Assembly: GCA_043228905.1 (NCBI GenBank)
Contig: JBHGNT010000006.1
Location: 22,816,001 to 22,880,000 of the forward strand
Direction: 5' to 3'
Origin: Azolla caroliniana
Taxonomy: Eukaryota; Plantae; Polypodiophyta
Length of the DNA stretch: 64,000 bases
Position 1 is the stretch's first letter; each line of letters opens with the position of its first letter. The translations under genes were made by a program, and so were the position numbers. Of this stretch, positions 25,677 through 37,640 are shown one piece after another. The notes beneath the pieces were generated by a model. That model made no database searches. It saw only the letters and a program-made list of their open reading frames with translations, and was not told the DNA's origin.

Positions 25677-27442
25677 ATGGAAGAGTTGTCATATTTATGG
25701 GCACCCCTATTTCTGGGCATCCTGGGATGGGTGCTCATATTGGAGTATGTCCAACAAAACATAAAGAAGAAGATGAAGACGAGGAGCAGTCCTGAACTCC
25801 TCCATATACCTCCTCCTCCTGCTCTTCCATCACCTCCCGGGAGCTTACCATTCCTAGGCCATCTACACCACTTGCTTTTGTCCCGAAAACATCTACACCG
25901 ATGGCTCCACGACATGTCCACACGATACGGCCCCATCCTCTCCATCCAAATGGGCTCTGTCCCCATTCTCCTAGTGTCGTCCCCCGACATGGCCCGCCTC
26001 GTCTTGCATACCCATGACCTTACATTCGCCTCGCGTCCCCACTCTTCGACATCAGCTGCAGCTCGATTTACCTACAATCACATTAGCCTTTCGTACTCGC
26101 TATATGGCCCGTATTGGCGCAAGGTAATGTCAATTCGCACTAATAAGATCTTGATCTCGTTTTTAGTCACTCACTACACAGAAAATTGGGCATGTGTCAC
26201 TTCTCATTACAGGTGAAGGAGTTGTACATGACTAAGCTTTTCAATATGCAAAGATTGCAATACTTCAAGCCGATTCGAAGTGAGGAGATGGCGGGTCTTG
26301 TTCGTTCCGTGTGGCACGAGGTTGCGAATCCTCAAAACATGCGCAGAAAGTTACAAGTGTGGGCAGGCAACCTAATGGTGAGAATGACAATGGGGAAGAA
26401 CCTAAATGATATTTCTATGAGCACAAAAGTGCATGGCTCGGTGCTTCTGGAGGCTATTTGCGAATCATTGGTCATCGTAGGCAGCCCTAATTTGAATGAA
26501 TTTCTGCCGTTTTTGAAGTTTTTAGACGTACAACATCTCGAACGACGTACCGATGAATTATTTGAAAAGATCGACACCATATTTCAAAGAGTAATTGACG
26601 ATCGTCGAGATTCTTGCATGAATATCGGGCATCATAAACCTGAAAATGATCTTCTCGACACTCTACTATCCTTTCAAGGAGATGAGAAGATTAGCTTGAA
26701 AGATGATAATGTCAAAGCAATATTATGGGTAACTAACTATATGGATTTACTGTGTTTTCTTCATTTCAATTCATGGAGTAGTGATGGTAATATATCTAAC
26801 TGGTAGGACATGTTTTCTGGAGGAATGGAAACATCCACTGTAACTGTGGAGTGGGGATTAGCCGAACTAATGCGACACAAAGAAGTAACAAGGAGATTAC
26901 AAGGCGAGCTCGATCGTGTCATTGGAAAGGATAGGCTGATGAGTGAAGAAGACATATCCAATCTTCCATACCTCCAAGCAACTGTGAAGGAGATAATGAG
27001 GTTGCATCCTGTAGGACCATTGTTAATCCCCCATGAATCAACACAGGCATGTGAAGTTGCTGGATTCTATGTGCCAGAGAAGACCAGATTACTTGTGAAC
27101 ATTTGGTCTCTCTCAATGGATCCCAGCTCTTGGGAGGAGCCGCAGGAGTTTAGGCCCCAACGATTTCTGAATTCGGACATAGATGTGAAAGGTCACCATT
27201 TCCAACTGTTGCCATTTGGGGCGGGCCGGCGAGCGTGCCCTGCCATGAATCTTGGCCTCCTCAATGTCCACCTCATCTTAGGTTCCTTGGTTCATTCCTT
27301 CGAATGGACATTACCCGTGGGCATCCAAGAAGTAGATATGAGCGAAACATTTGGCTTGTCACTCCACAAAACCAATCCTTTGGTTTTGGCAGCATCGCCA
27401 AGGTTATCTAAGGATGCATATGTATCCCCAACAAATCATTAG
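25677..27442 (+). CDS. Cytochrome P450, CYP71 clan (A-type), about 532 aa; exons 25677-26123, 26213-26728, 26807-27442
   Basis: N-terminal membrane anchor, proline hinge PSPPGSLPFLGHL, WRK, GGMETS, KEIMR, PQRF and heme motif PFGAGRRACPA. Two phase-0 GT-AG introns join into one open frame; the second lies at the conserved A-type position. Confidence 0.96.
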
Positions 27443-27607
27443 ACACCATCTACTCCACCATGTATATGTATATGTATCAAAATGTGTTCTGGTTAGAGGA
27501 CTTAGATTCGAGGGTGTAGACGATAATGAAACTACCGAACAACATGTTATTGTGAAGCTTTATTACAATTCTTGTGTCTCTGGAAAATCGTCACACATAC
27601 AATGTTA

Positions 27608-28516
27608 GATTACAACTTACAAGGTACTTCTAAAGAAGATAATCCATGCCTAGGAGGGTGCTTCTCTTTGTTTCTTTTTATTGTCTAGTTAAAAAAAAAT
27701 GTTATAGCTTTACTACATAAACTATTTGAAAAGTAATGTTGTAGTTTTAACAAATAACGTGTACGTGATTCTAAACATTGCAAAACATGTGCGACGATAA
27801 GTTTAAAAGCCTTGATTATATGACAACATATACCACATGCATATCCTAATTTGAAGCTCTTCTTGTGTAGTATTTTCCATCTTGGACTCATTGAAATAAT
27901 TGCTTTATAAGAAGAAAGAAGCATACATTGCTCAACATGAAAAGACCTTCCCCATATACACGATGTATGATCCCTCAAAGGATGACACATGTGTATTAGT
28001 AAGTGACTCAGATAAGGATGCTTGGTATTTTGAGAGTAGTGTTCCTACAACCTCTTTCAAAATTTTCATTGTCACACTTCAAGATGCTTGTCATAAGGTT
28101 ATCATAGTCACTTCTGAAAATAACGCTTCTTACATCATCAAAGGAATGGTCAAGTTTAGGAGGGCAACTCTTTGTTTTCCATGTATCCTTTTCTAAATTA
28201 TTGTATGATTACAACTTACAAGGTACTTCTGAAGGAGGTAATCCACGTCTAGGATGCTGATTCTCTTTGTTTCGAATTATTGCCTAGTAAAAAAAAAGTT
28301 ATAGCTTTAGCACACCGCTACATAAACTATTTCAAAAGTGGTGTTGTCGTTTTAAAAAATAACGTATAAGTGATTCTAAACATTGCATAACTTTCACGAC
28401 CATAGGTTTAGAAGCCTTGATCATATTGCCAACATGTACCACATGCATATCGTAATTTGAAGCTCTTCTTGTGTAGTATTTACCATCTTGGATTCATTGA
28501 AGTAATTGCTTTATAA
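27608..28516 (+). repeat. Diverged direct repeat of about 305 bp (27608-27910 and 28207-28516) downstream of the P450
   Basis: GATTACAACTTACAAGGTACTTCT...TAATTGCTTTATAA occurs twice. Confidence 0.85.
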
Positions 28517-29066
28517 TCTCCTTTTTTCGATCTCTCTAGCTGGATATTGAGAAGACTTTGCAACTCTTGATGTAGGTGTATCAAAATTAGCCTATGGAAC
28601 ACTTATCAATCAATCATCATGTCACCTTGTTGTTATGAGAATGAGCACAAAAGTGCACATTACTAAATAAACCTATAGAATACATCTCATATGACCTTGT
28701 CGTTATGACTAGTAGAACAAAAGTGTAGATGCGTTGTTAGTCTCTGGAGTAGCTAGATATGGTTCCATTGTTAGCTTCATTCAAATTGAGTAGGTTGGAT
28801 TATGTTGAGCGGACAAGCTCAACCGGATCGGTATCCGGAACAAAGAACTGGATAGGTATCCGGAACCAAGAGCTGGATCAGAGAGAAGGATCAGATTGTA
28901 ACCGGTAGGCCGTTAGAGACCTATGGTCCTAACCTAGTATGAGGCATATTTCTTGGAGTCAGCGTCAGTTGCTCGTATGAGCATTGAAGTACATGTTAGT
29001 CCTTTTAAGGACTTGTATAAAAGTGCTCTCTCTAAGCACATTGTATGTACAGAGTGTTATTATTTT

Positions 29067-32000
29067 TGTTGAGAGACAAGCTCAACATCGGCCGGATCGG
29101 TTGAGCAAGCCGAGGACCGGATCGGTTGGGACCGATCGGTTAGGCCGGACCAGTGCGTAAAACGGATGCGTAAACCGTTACGCAAACCGGTGCGTAAACC
29201 GAAAGGCCGTCCGAGAGATATTCCTCGTAAAGGAATAATTTTGGGAGTGAGTGTCAATGCTCACTTATGAGCAGTCAAGTACTGTCAGTACTTGTGTCAG
29301 CCTGATTATTGGGGTTTGTATAAAAGTGCTCACTAAGCACATCCTATGTATAGATTGAGGATTATTTTTTAATTAAGTTCTTGTGTTTACTCTCTCTCTG
29401 TCTCTCCCGCACATATTGTGCAAACCTAAGCTTTTCATTAAACCTGCGTTTTCTATTGTTCAGTTTCCTATATTGCTTCCGCACGCCATTCTTTTCATGG
29501 TATCAGAGCGAGAGGGTTGAGAACCTCTGCAGTCGACTTTGCTTGAAGGAAAAACCAACGAAGAAGAACAAGAAAACCGATGGACAGAGGAATGGCTAGC
29601 TCGCTTCCAATGGAGAAGCTCGACAGAACCAACTACGCATCTTGGTCCTACAAGATGCACCAGTCCCTGCTTGGGCACGGTTACTGGAGCTATGTGGAAG
29701 GAGTGAATGACGCAGCACCCAAATCGATACACAAAGACTTCCCGGCGTGGGAACAATCGGCGAGCAAAGTGTTGTACTGTTTCGCGTCTTGTGTGGGCGA
29801 ACAGCTATTAAGCTACGTTTGGGATGCAAAAACGCCGAAGGGTGCGTGGGAAAATCTGAAGAAGATTTTCGCCACGAGCACCACAGCCAAGAAGCTTCAG
29901 CTCCGACAAGAGTTAAGCAACCTACGACAACGCGATTTGTCGGTGTCTGACTATAACTCAAAGATCAAGGACTTATGCGATTCCTTAGCTTCCATCGATG
30001 TGAACATCGAGGAAAGCGAGATGGTCTAGATCTGTCTCGGGGGTTTGGCGTCGAAGTTTGGGGCATTCCGAACTGCTGTGGGTACCCGGGAGAATATGTC
30101 GTCCTTTTTCGACTTACAGTCAATGCTCCTGATAGAGGAGAACCACGCGGGTGCTCCTGATAGAGGAGATGGATATAGGTCCCGCGGGCGTGGAGGACGT
30201 GGTGAGTCAGTGCGCAATGGAGGCGGCCGACGAGATCAAGGAAGAAGGCACCGAAGTGATGCCGATGTTGTACGTTTTAGGGTTAGGGTTAAGGACGATG
30301 ATAATCATGATAAAGATAGACATGGTGGTCATGATGATGATGGAGAGTATGGACTGATGGCGAGAGAGATCATGTGCATTGAGAAGCATTGCGGGGTGGG
30401 GGGTGGTGCCTAGAATGGCTCCAACCCCCTCCCAAGGGGGTTCAACATGAGAGAGGGAGAGAGAAGAGAAAAGGTGTCAAAGAGAGAGAGATTAGAGAGA
30501 AATGTTCATTCATGTTTCATTCATTCCCCATAAGGGGTTAAATAGTACAAGAGGGGGTAGATACATAGGGGTGTAAGCCCCATTGAGCATTCATACTGGA
30601 CACTCACTCACACCTCCTCGTATCCATCCACATGCAGACACGTGTGCATGTGTTCACATACGTATAAACTCACAATTACATTTATGCCTCCTACACATAC
30701 ACAACAACATCATGATAACATTCAACCCTCGATCATCACACTTGACTCTCCGTACATCTCGTACGCGGTAACACAATATGGCACGCCCGTGGGAAAGTGC
30801 CTTGCACGTCAATCCCACATGCCTTGATGATGATATTTCTTTGACCGGAACTTCCATCGGTCCTTTCAACGATCGACTCCCTCGATCAGATTGCTTGACT
30901 CGAACATCTTTGTCGGTCAACGAATCTTCCGCGACACGAACCTTCTCGTTCTGTCGGCTTACGAACTTTGGTAACATCATTCGGGTCGTTAAAAAGACGT
31001 TGTATGTATGTGTGTTCTTCTTTGTATCTTGTGAGTTGTGTGTGGATCACGTCCATTTCTTTTAGGTAGATGAGTTTTCGAAATTGCCTCGTTGCCCTTT
31101 GGTTATTAAAACTCTAATATATACCCTCGAACTTTTGAATTTGCAATGGGTACCCTCAAGGTTTTGAAATTTGTTGCCCTTGTCTTTGTCTTTTCCTTTC
31201 TCCTTTCTGTTTTGTCTTCCTCTCTTTCTTCATTTTTCTTCTTCTTCCTGTCTGTTGGTCCATTTGTGTCTCCTTCTCTTCTCTTTCTTCATTTCTACTT
31301 CTCTGTCTCTCCCGGTTGCTTCTTTGTTTGTCCGTGGTTTTTGGTGTCTTTCTCTTCTTCCATAACATCTTTTTCTTCCTTCACTGTTCTTCTTCTTCCT
31401 TGCATTTCTCTTCTCTCTTCTTCTTATTTTCTGCATGTCCACCTCTTTCTTCTCTGTGTTGTCTTTGTTTTGGTTGTTGTGGTTGGTCGTCTGTCCAGCC
31501 CGTTTGGCCACCCCGGCCACTGTTCGGCTATTACGGCCGCTTCGGCAGTTCCTCGGCCACTCTTTGGTCGCTCGTCCGTCTCCATCTCCTGTCGTGGCCA
31601 TCTCCGACCACTAATGCCGTCCTTGTCTAGCCACCTCCGTTCGGCCACTACGACCGCTCTTAGGTCACTCTCCGGCCTCTCCGCCATCTCTGTCGGTGTT
31701 CGGTTGTCTTCCTCCTCTTTCGACCGTGCGTTCGGTCCGTCGTCCCGGCCGTCTCGTCCACTGTTCGACAATCGGTGTGGCCGTGCCCTTTCGGCCTCAC
31801 CGGCCTTTTCCATCATTGTCTCGGCCGCTGTCCGGCTGCCTCTGTTGCGGACTCCATCACCATCTCTGTCGGTTCCCGTCCGTTTGAGTCCGCCTCTGTG
31901 TCTCCGGATCCGTTGCTATCTCTATACGGCCATAATCCAGTGTTGCTGCTTTTTGGCCGCTCGTCCATCACCTTGTCCGGCGTGTCCGTCCGTTCCGGTC

Positions 32001-35000
32001 ATCCTCTCGTTGTCTGTCCAGTCGTCAGTTGTCTGGTCCGACCGCCTTCGTTCTGGCGCTGTTCGGCTGTATCTTTTCAGCCGCCTCTGCAACCTTTTGA
32101 TCATCCTTGCTATTCTGTCCGTCGCCTTGTCGTCGTCTATTCGGCCCGGTATTGTTCGTCTGTGTCTTTTTGGTTGTCTCTCATACCACGCTTTCTGGCA
32201 CATGCACTATGTCGTTAACTGCACATTTGCACATTCTCGTTTCCATTCTCGCACACTCACGTAACGTCCTCATTCCATGACTTCCTCTCAACATTGTCAT
32301 CGTTTTCGTACATCTTTGGCACCATTTCTTGGACATTTACACAAAAACAGACCAAACAAAACATACGCATATAGAGATTAATTCGCTATAGAATTATGCG
32401 GCAGTTAATCTTCCATTTTGGACTTCTTTCGCACATTGTTGTCGCCTTTTGCACAACATCATCAATTCCATTTTTTTCTATTTTTTTTCTATTTTTTTTC
32501 TTTTTTCTTTTTTCTTTTTTTTTTTGCACATCTTCATTGCTTCTCCCACATCGTTGTTGCCATTTGGTGCATGTCATCATCATTTCTTGCTTGTCTCTCC
32601 CATATCATCGTCACTATGCCTCGAATCGCCGCGTATTATTGTTTGACTCCGTCTCCAAAGGGGGATCACCTTAGTGGTCGCCAAAATGTGTGTTAACTCT
32701 TAGGGCCGGACAATGGCCTAACACAGGGTGTCTACGGAAGACACTTCACCAAAGGGGTGTTACGGCAACAGGATTAGACTCAATGCTTAATCCGCCTTAA
32801 TTAGGTTACTTAGCCTGATCGTCTTTAATAATCACACGCGTAAGATATAACAATGAAGGCAGAACGGCAATTAACACAGAGAGATAACAACACTAAGCTT
32901 TATTAATTAACCGCTATTCATTACATTGTATCCGGGCCTTTAAATAGGTTTCCGGTCTGTATTACAAAACGGTGCCATCCGCACCTGTTCGGGATCGGTC
33001 CGGATCCGGAACGGCATACCGATTCCGGTCCGTCCGTCCTCACTCATAGCTTAATTACAACCACATTCCTACTACTTAAAGAACTCCCCGTTTCACACTC
33101 TGGACTCCTTTGCCGGCCGGTAACAGCCGACAGCAATTCTGAACCCTCCGGAAATAGGGGGAGTCGAGGCGACGAGAACCGGCAAGGGAAATCCGCCGCG
33201 GAATGCTGGTACTGTGGCAAGAAAGGCCACAAGGAGAGCGAGTGCTGGAAAAAGCGCGCTGATTCGGAGAAAACCAGGTCCGGAACAAGTTCCGGATAGA
33301 TCGACAAAGGAAGTCGGCAACGATCGCACTACGCCGAAGGATCCGGAGAAGCCGGAAAAGGGTCAGTCTTCGTGACGAGACACGAAGCGAACTCGATGAA
33401 GAAGTCCGCCCCGAAATCGGACGAGGTGTGGTACGTCGACTCCGGCGCGTCAAACCACATGACGTGCCACGAGGAGTGGTTCTCATACCTTGAGAAACCG
33501 ACACAACCAGGAGTAGTCGCAACCGGAGACGACACTCTGCATTCGATCGCGAATGTCGGAGAAGTACCCTTGAGCCATGTCGAGCAGAAAGGGAAACTTA
33601 TGAACGTGTTACATGTCCCGACAATCACGAAGAATCTGGTGTCGGTCAGGCAGATCGTCGACCAAGGGATGAAGGTTCGGTTTACACACCTCGGGTGCTT
33701 CATTGAGGAAGAAGGCCGTGTTATTGCGCAAGGGCGCAAAGATGGGAGGATATTCATCCTCGACTCTACTGACGGTGGCACCGCAATGTTCACGAAGGGA
33801 TGAAAAGTCGAGTCAAAAATCGACTTATGGCACAAGCGGATAGGCCACATCAACTACCAGCAGCTTCAAGGCCTGCAATCAAAACAGGTGGTGTTCGGAT
33901 TGACCAAATTTAGTGGTCGGAAGGCACAAATTTATGAAGCCTGCCACCTTGGGAAGCAACACCGACTTCCCTTCCCAAACGAGCGTAACCGAAGCCGGAA
34001 CAAGCTCGACTTGATACACTCCGATGTGTGGGGGTCGGCACAAAACGTTAGTCTTGGCGGTAGCCGATATTTCATCTCCTTCATCGACGACTACCACGCA
34101 GCACACGTGGATCTACCTCATTGAGAGGAAGAGCGAAGTCTTCGACTGTTTCCGGAACCTCAAAGGGTTTGTGGAAACGGAAACAAGAAGAAAGATCAGG
34201 TGCCTGCGGTCAGATGGCGGAAAAGAATACTTTTCCGGTCAATTCAACGGTTATCTACAACAGATGGGAATTCAACGCGAATTCAGTTGTAGATAAACGC
34301 TGGAGCAAAACGGCGTAGCCGAGAGGAAAAATCGGTTGGTTGTGGAAGCGGCACGGGCAATGCTGGAAGAAAAGAGCTTGCCCAAGTTCTATTGGGCCGA
34401 GGTCGTACGAACCGCGGTATACATTCAGAACCGGATCGGAGACAAGGTGTCGACGCATGAGCTATACTTCGGAACGAAGCCAAACTTGCGACACTTATGA
34501 GTTTTCGGTAGCATTGCGTATGTGCATGTGCCGAAGGACAAAAGGAGGAAGCTGGACGCAAAGGCCGAGAATTGCATCTTGGTCGGTTACTCAGACAAGC
34601 AGAAGGGTTATAAGTGTTATAACCCGCGCACCAAACAAGCGTGCGTGAGCCGCGACGTTGTGTTTGATGAGTCCGCGTCCTGGTACTTGCCTCCGACTCC
34701 AGACCTCACCTTCAATCCGAGTTCGGACGATGAGGTCAGCGAGGCTGAGGTGCCTCCAGATGAGCCTAAAATCGGGACCCTCGAAGAGAGTCCGATTTCA
34801 TTTCGGTTAAGTGGACCGAATGGACGACTGAGTCGGTTCGACCAGTCCGATGAAGAGTTGGCGAGTAGTGGAGACTTGGCAGTGCATTCCCCGCGCAAGA
34901 AGCCGAGGAGACGGCAAAGAGAAAGGGAAGAAGGTGTCGGATTCCGGCACGGATAGAAATGAGTCTGACCGACACGAGTCTGACTCCGAGGGAAGCGGTG

Positions 35001-37640
35001 ACGGGTCTTCAAGAGCGAAGTCCGCATAGGCCGAGAAGACCTCGACATCGGCTAATGACCGATTACGCTGATCTACCCGCCAGAAGAACCCAGTTGTGCG
35101 GTTCGGATAGAACGAGTACATGGCGCATCATTATGCGTACATGACCCGTGTGGCGGAAGTGCGTGAGCCGGAGAGCTACGCAGAAACGGCTAAGGACGCA
35201 AATTGGCGCGCTGCGATGGAGGAAGAGATGCACGCATTGGCAGAAAACGAGACCTGGGACCTGGTTGTTGCACCGAACGGTGTGCAGCCAATTGAATGTA
35301 GGTGGGTGTACAAGGTCAACTACAACACCAACGGCTCGGTCAACCGATACAAGGCCCGGTTAGTAGCAAAAGGCTACACGCAGAAACACGGCATCGACTA
35401 CGATGAGACGTTTGTACCGGTCGCAAAGATGACGACCGTTTGTGTTTTGCTCACGGTAGCTGCGGCAAAAGGGTGGCACTTACATCAGATGGATGTAAAG
35501 AATGCGTTCCTGCAAGGTGAGCTTGAGGAACAGGTGTACATGGTACAACCCCCTGGATTTCACTCCGGAACGAACACGTCGGCAGTGTGCCGATTGAAGA
35601 AGTCCCTTTACGGACTGAAGCAAGCCCCGCGTGCCTGGAACGCGAAGATCACGCAGCAACTGCGTTGGATGGGCTTTGCAACGTCAAAATCGGACTCTTC
35701 CTTGTTCATCCGGAAAGGTCGACTCAGTTCCGTCAGTATTGTACTCTATGTTGATGACTTGGTCATCACCGGCGCCGACCTAGGTGAAATCAACCACGTG
35801 AAGCTCCAGCTTGCGGCATCGTTTGACATGAAGGATCTGGGGGATCTTCATTACTTCCTCGGGATCGAAGTGATCCGCACCCCCGAAGGCATACTGATCA
35901 TCCAACGTCATTACGCGCTGAATATGCTCTTCAAATTCGGGATGGCAGACTATAAGTCCATCTCGACTCCTCTGGATAGAACCGTGAAGCTTCGCCCCAA
36001 TTCCGGAAAGGTATGCGACCCGACGAGGTTCCGACAAATTGTCGGAAGCCTTATATACTTGACCATCACCCGACCTGATCTCAGTTATCCGGTCGGGGTG
36101 ATCAGTCTGTTCATGGCGCGACCTACCGAGGAGCACCTTCAGTGTGCGCAACGCATACTGCGGTACGTAAGTGGCACTAAGGACCGGGGATTGCTATATC
36201 GGACCGGTACAGCCTCGCAGTTGGTCGGCTACACCGATGTTGATTGGGCTGGCAATGCCGCCGATCGCCGATCCACGTCCAGATACGCATTCTCTCTTGG
36301 GAGTGCCGCGATAGCGTGGAGCAGTAAGAAGTAGCCGACAGTTGCACTGTCAAGCACCGAAGCTGAGTACCAAGGAGTGGCTGTCGCGACATGCGAAGCC
36401 ATATGGTTGAAGCGGCTACTTAAGGACTTACAAGAGGAGTTGTCCGATCTGGCGACGATCTATTGCAACAACCTCAGCAACATCTAGCTCGCGAAGAACC
36501 TCGTTTTCCACGCACGGACCAAGCACATTGAGGTGCATTACCACTTTGTCTGTGAGCGTGTCCTTTCTGGTGAAGTCGAACTTCAATATGTTCCGACGGA
36601 TCGGCAAACTGCCAACATCTTCACCAAACCCCTTGCTTTGGACAAATTACTGCAATTCTCGGGTGCGCTTGGGTTGCGTCACCTCGACGTGCCGAACTTG
36701 AGGGGGAGAGGAAGGAAGCAGGAAAGGAGCGGAGAAGACCACGACGCCGAGTCGGATGACGAATTTAGCGGATCCACGGAAGAGTCCCTAAGCGGACATA
36801 AGGGGAGCAGCTGAAGGAAAGAACTGAAGCCAACCAAGCATGGGGGAGATGACGCCGTCAAGGGCGAGAAGACCGAAGACGAGTTGGAGACAGCCAACCC
36901 GGACGAGAGCGAAAACCGATTGGAGGTAGCTGAGTCGGTTCGAATTTTTGATTCGGATACACTGAATCAACCAAGGGCCAAGCGGAAAAGAAGGCAGCAG
37001 GAGAAGCGCCAACACCATGACAACAAGGGTGCTGTGAAGGGCCGTGGGAGCAAACAAGCCGACCAGAATGGTCGAAGCGCGTGGAGTCGAACAGGCCAAG
37101 GAGCGCGAGCGAGGCGTGGAGCCAGGAGGAATCGGAACGGTGATCCGGAAGATCCCGAAGAGCCTCAAGTTGAGCTTGAGGGGGAATGTTGAGAGACAAG
37201 CTCAACATCGGCCGGATCAGCTGAGCAAGCCGAGGACCGGATCGGTTGGGACCGATCGGTTAGGCCGGCCCGGTGCGTAAAACGGATGCGTAAATCGTTA
37301 CGCAAACCGATGCGTAATGAGAGGCCGTATCGGTGCGTAAACCGAAAGGCCGTCAAAGAGGTATTCCTCGTAAAGGAATAATTTTGGGAGTGAGTGTCAA
37401 TGCTCACTTATGAGCAGTCAAGTACTGTCAGTACTTGTGTCAGCCTGATTGTCATGGCTTGTATAAAAGTGCTCACTGAGCACATCCTATGTACAGATTG
37501 AGAATTATTTTTTAATTAAGTTCTTGTGTTTACTCTCTCTCTGTCTCTCCCGCACGTATTGTGCAAACCTAAGCTTTCCATTAAACTTGCGTTTTCTGTT
37601 GTTCGGTTTCCTATATTGCTTCCGCACGCCATTCTTTTCA
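29067..37640 (+). mobile_element. Full-length copia (pseudogenized): LTRs 29067-29497 and 37187-37640, TSD ATTTT, PBS iMet 29498-29509, PPT 37178-37186
   Basis: Highly similar LTRs with one indel of about 23 bp; gag from 29580, protease WYVDSGASNH, integrase, RT LYVDD (35120-36334) and RNase H to about 36680. Confidence 0.96.
30266..33125 (-). mobile_element. Non-coding LTR-type insertion in copia gag with TSD GCCGA; 5' LTR-like 33125-32687, PBS 32683-32674, dissimilar 3' LTR-like 30773-30266
   Basis: GCCGA at 30261-30265 and 33126-33130. Removing the insert restores the gag sequence seen in paralogs at about 4660 and 38600. TG...CA termini; TGGCGACCAC PBS (tRNA-Arg type). Confidence 0.85.

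Noticed and set aside
30275-30290. TTTAGGGTTAGGG telomere-like motif
   Set aside because: Only two units at an LTR end; a telo-box-scale match, not a telomeric array.
31146-32264. 372-aa hydrophobic, Ser-rich ORF and overlapping antisense ORFs
   Set aside because: They arise from CT-rich and CCGT-rich low-complexity sequence that is open in many frames; no domain motifs.
32751-32763. AAAGGGG-TGTTAC read as a plus-strand PPT and LTR start
   Set aside because: The minus-strand PBS at 32683, the TATA and U5 polarity, and the orientation of related copies favour a minus-oriented element; not fully excluded.
36884-37192. Basic, purine-rich ORF before the copia PPT as an env-like gene
   Set aside because: Short and low-complexity, with no transmembrane segment; not clearly conserved as protein in the copy at 19600-19960.
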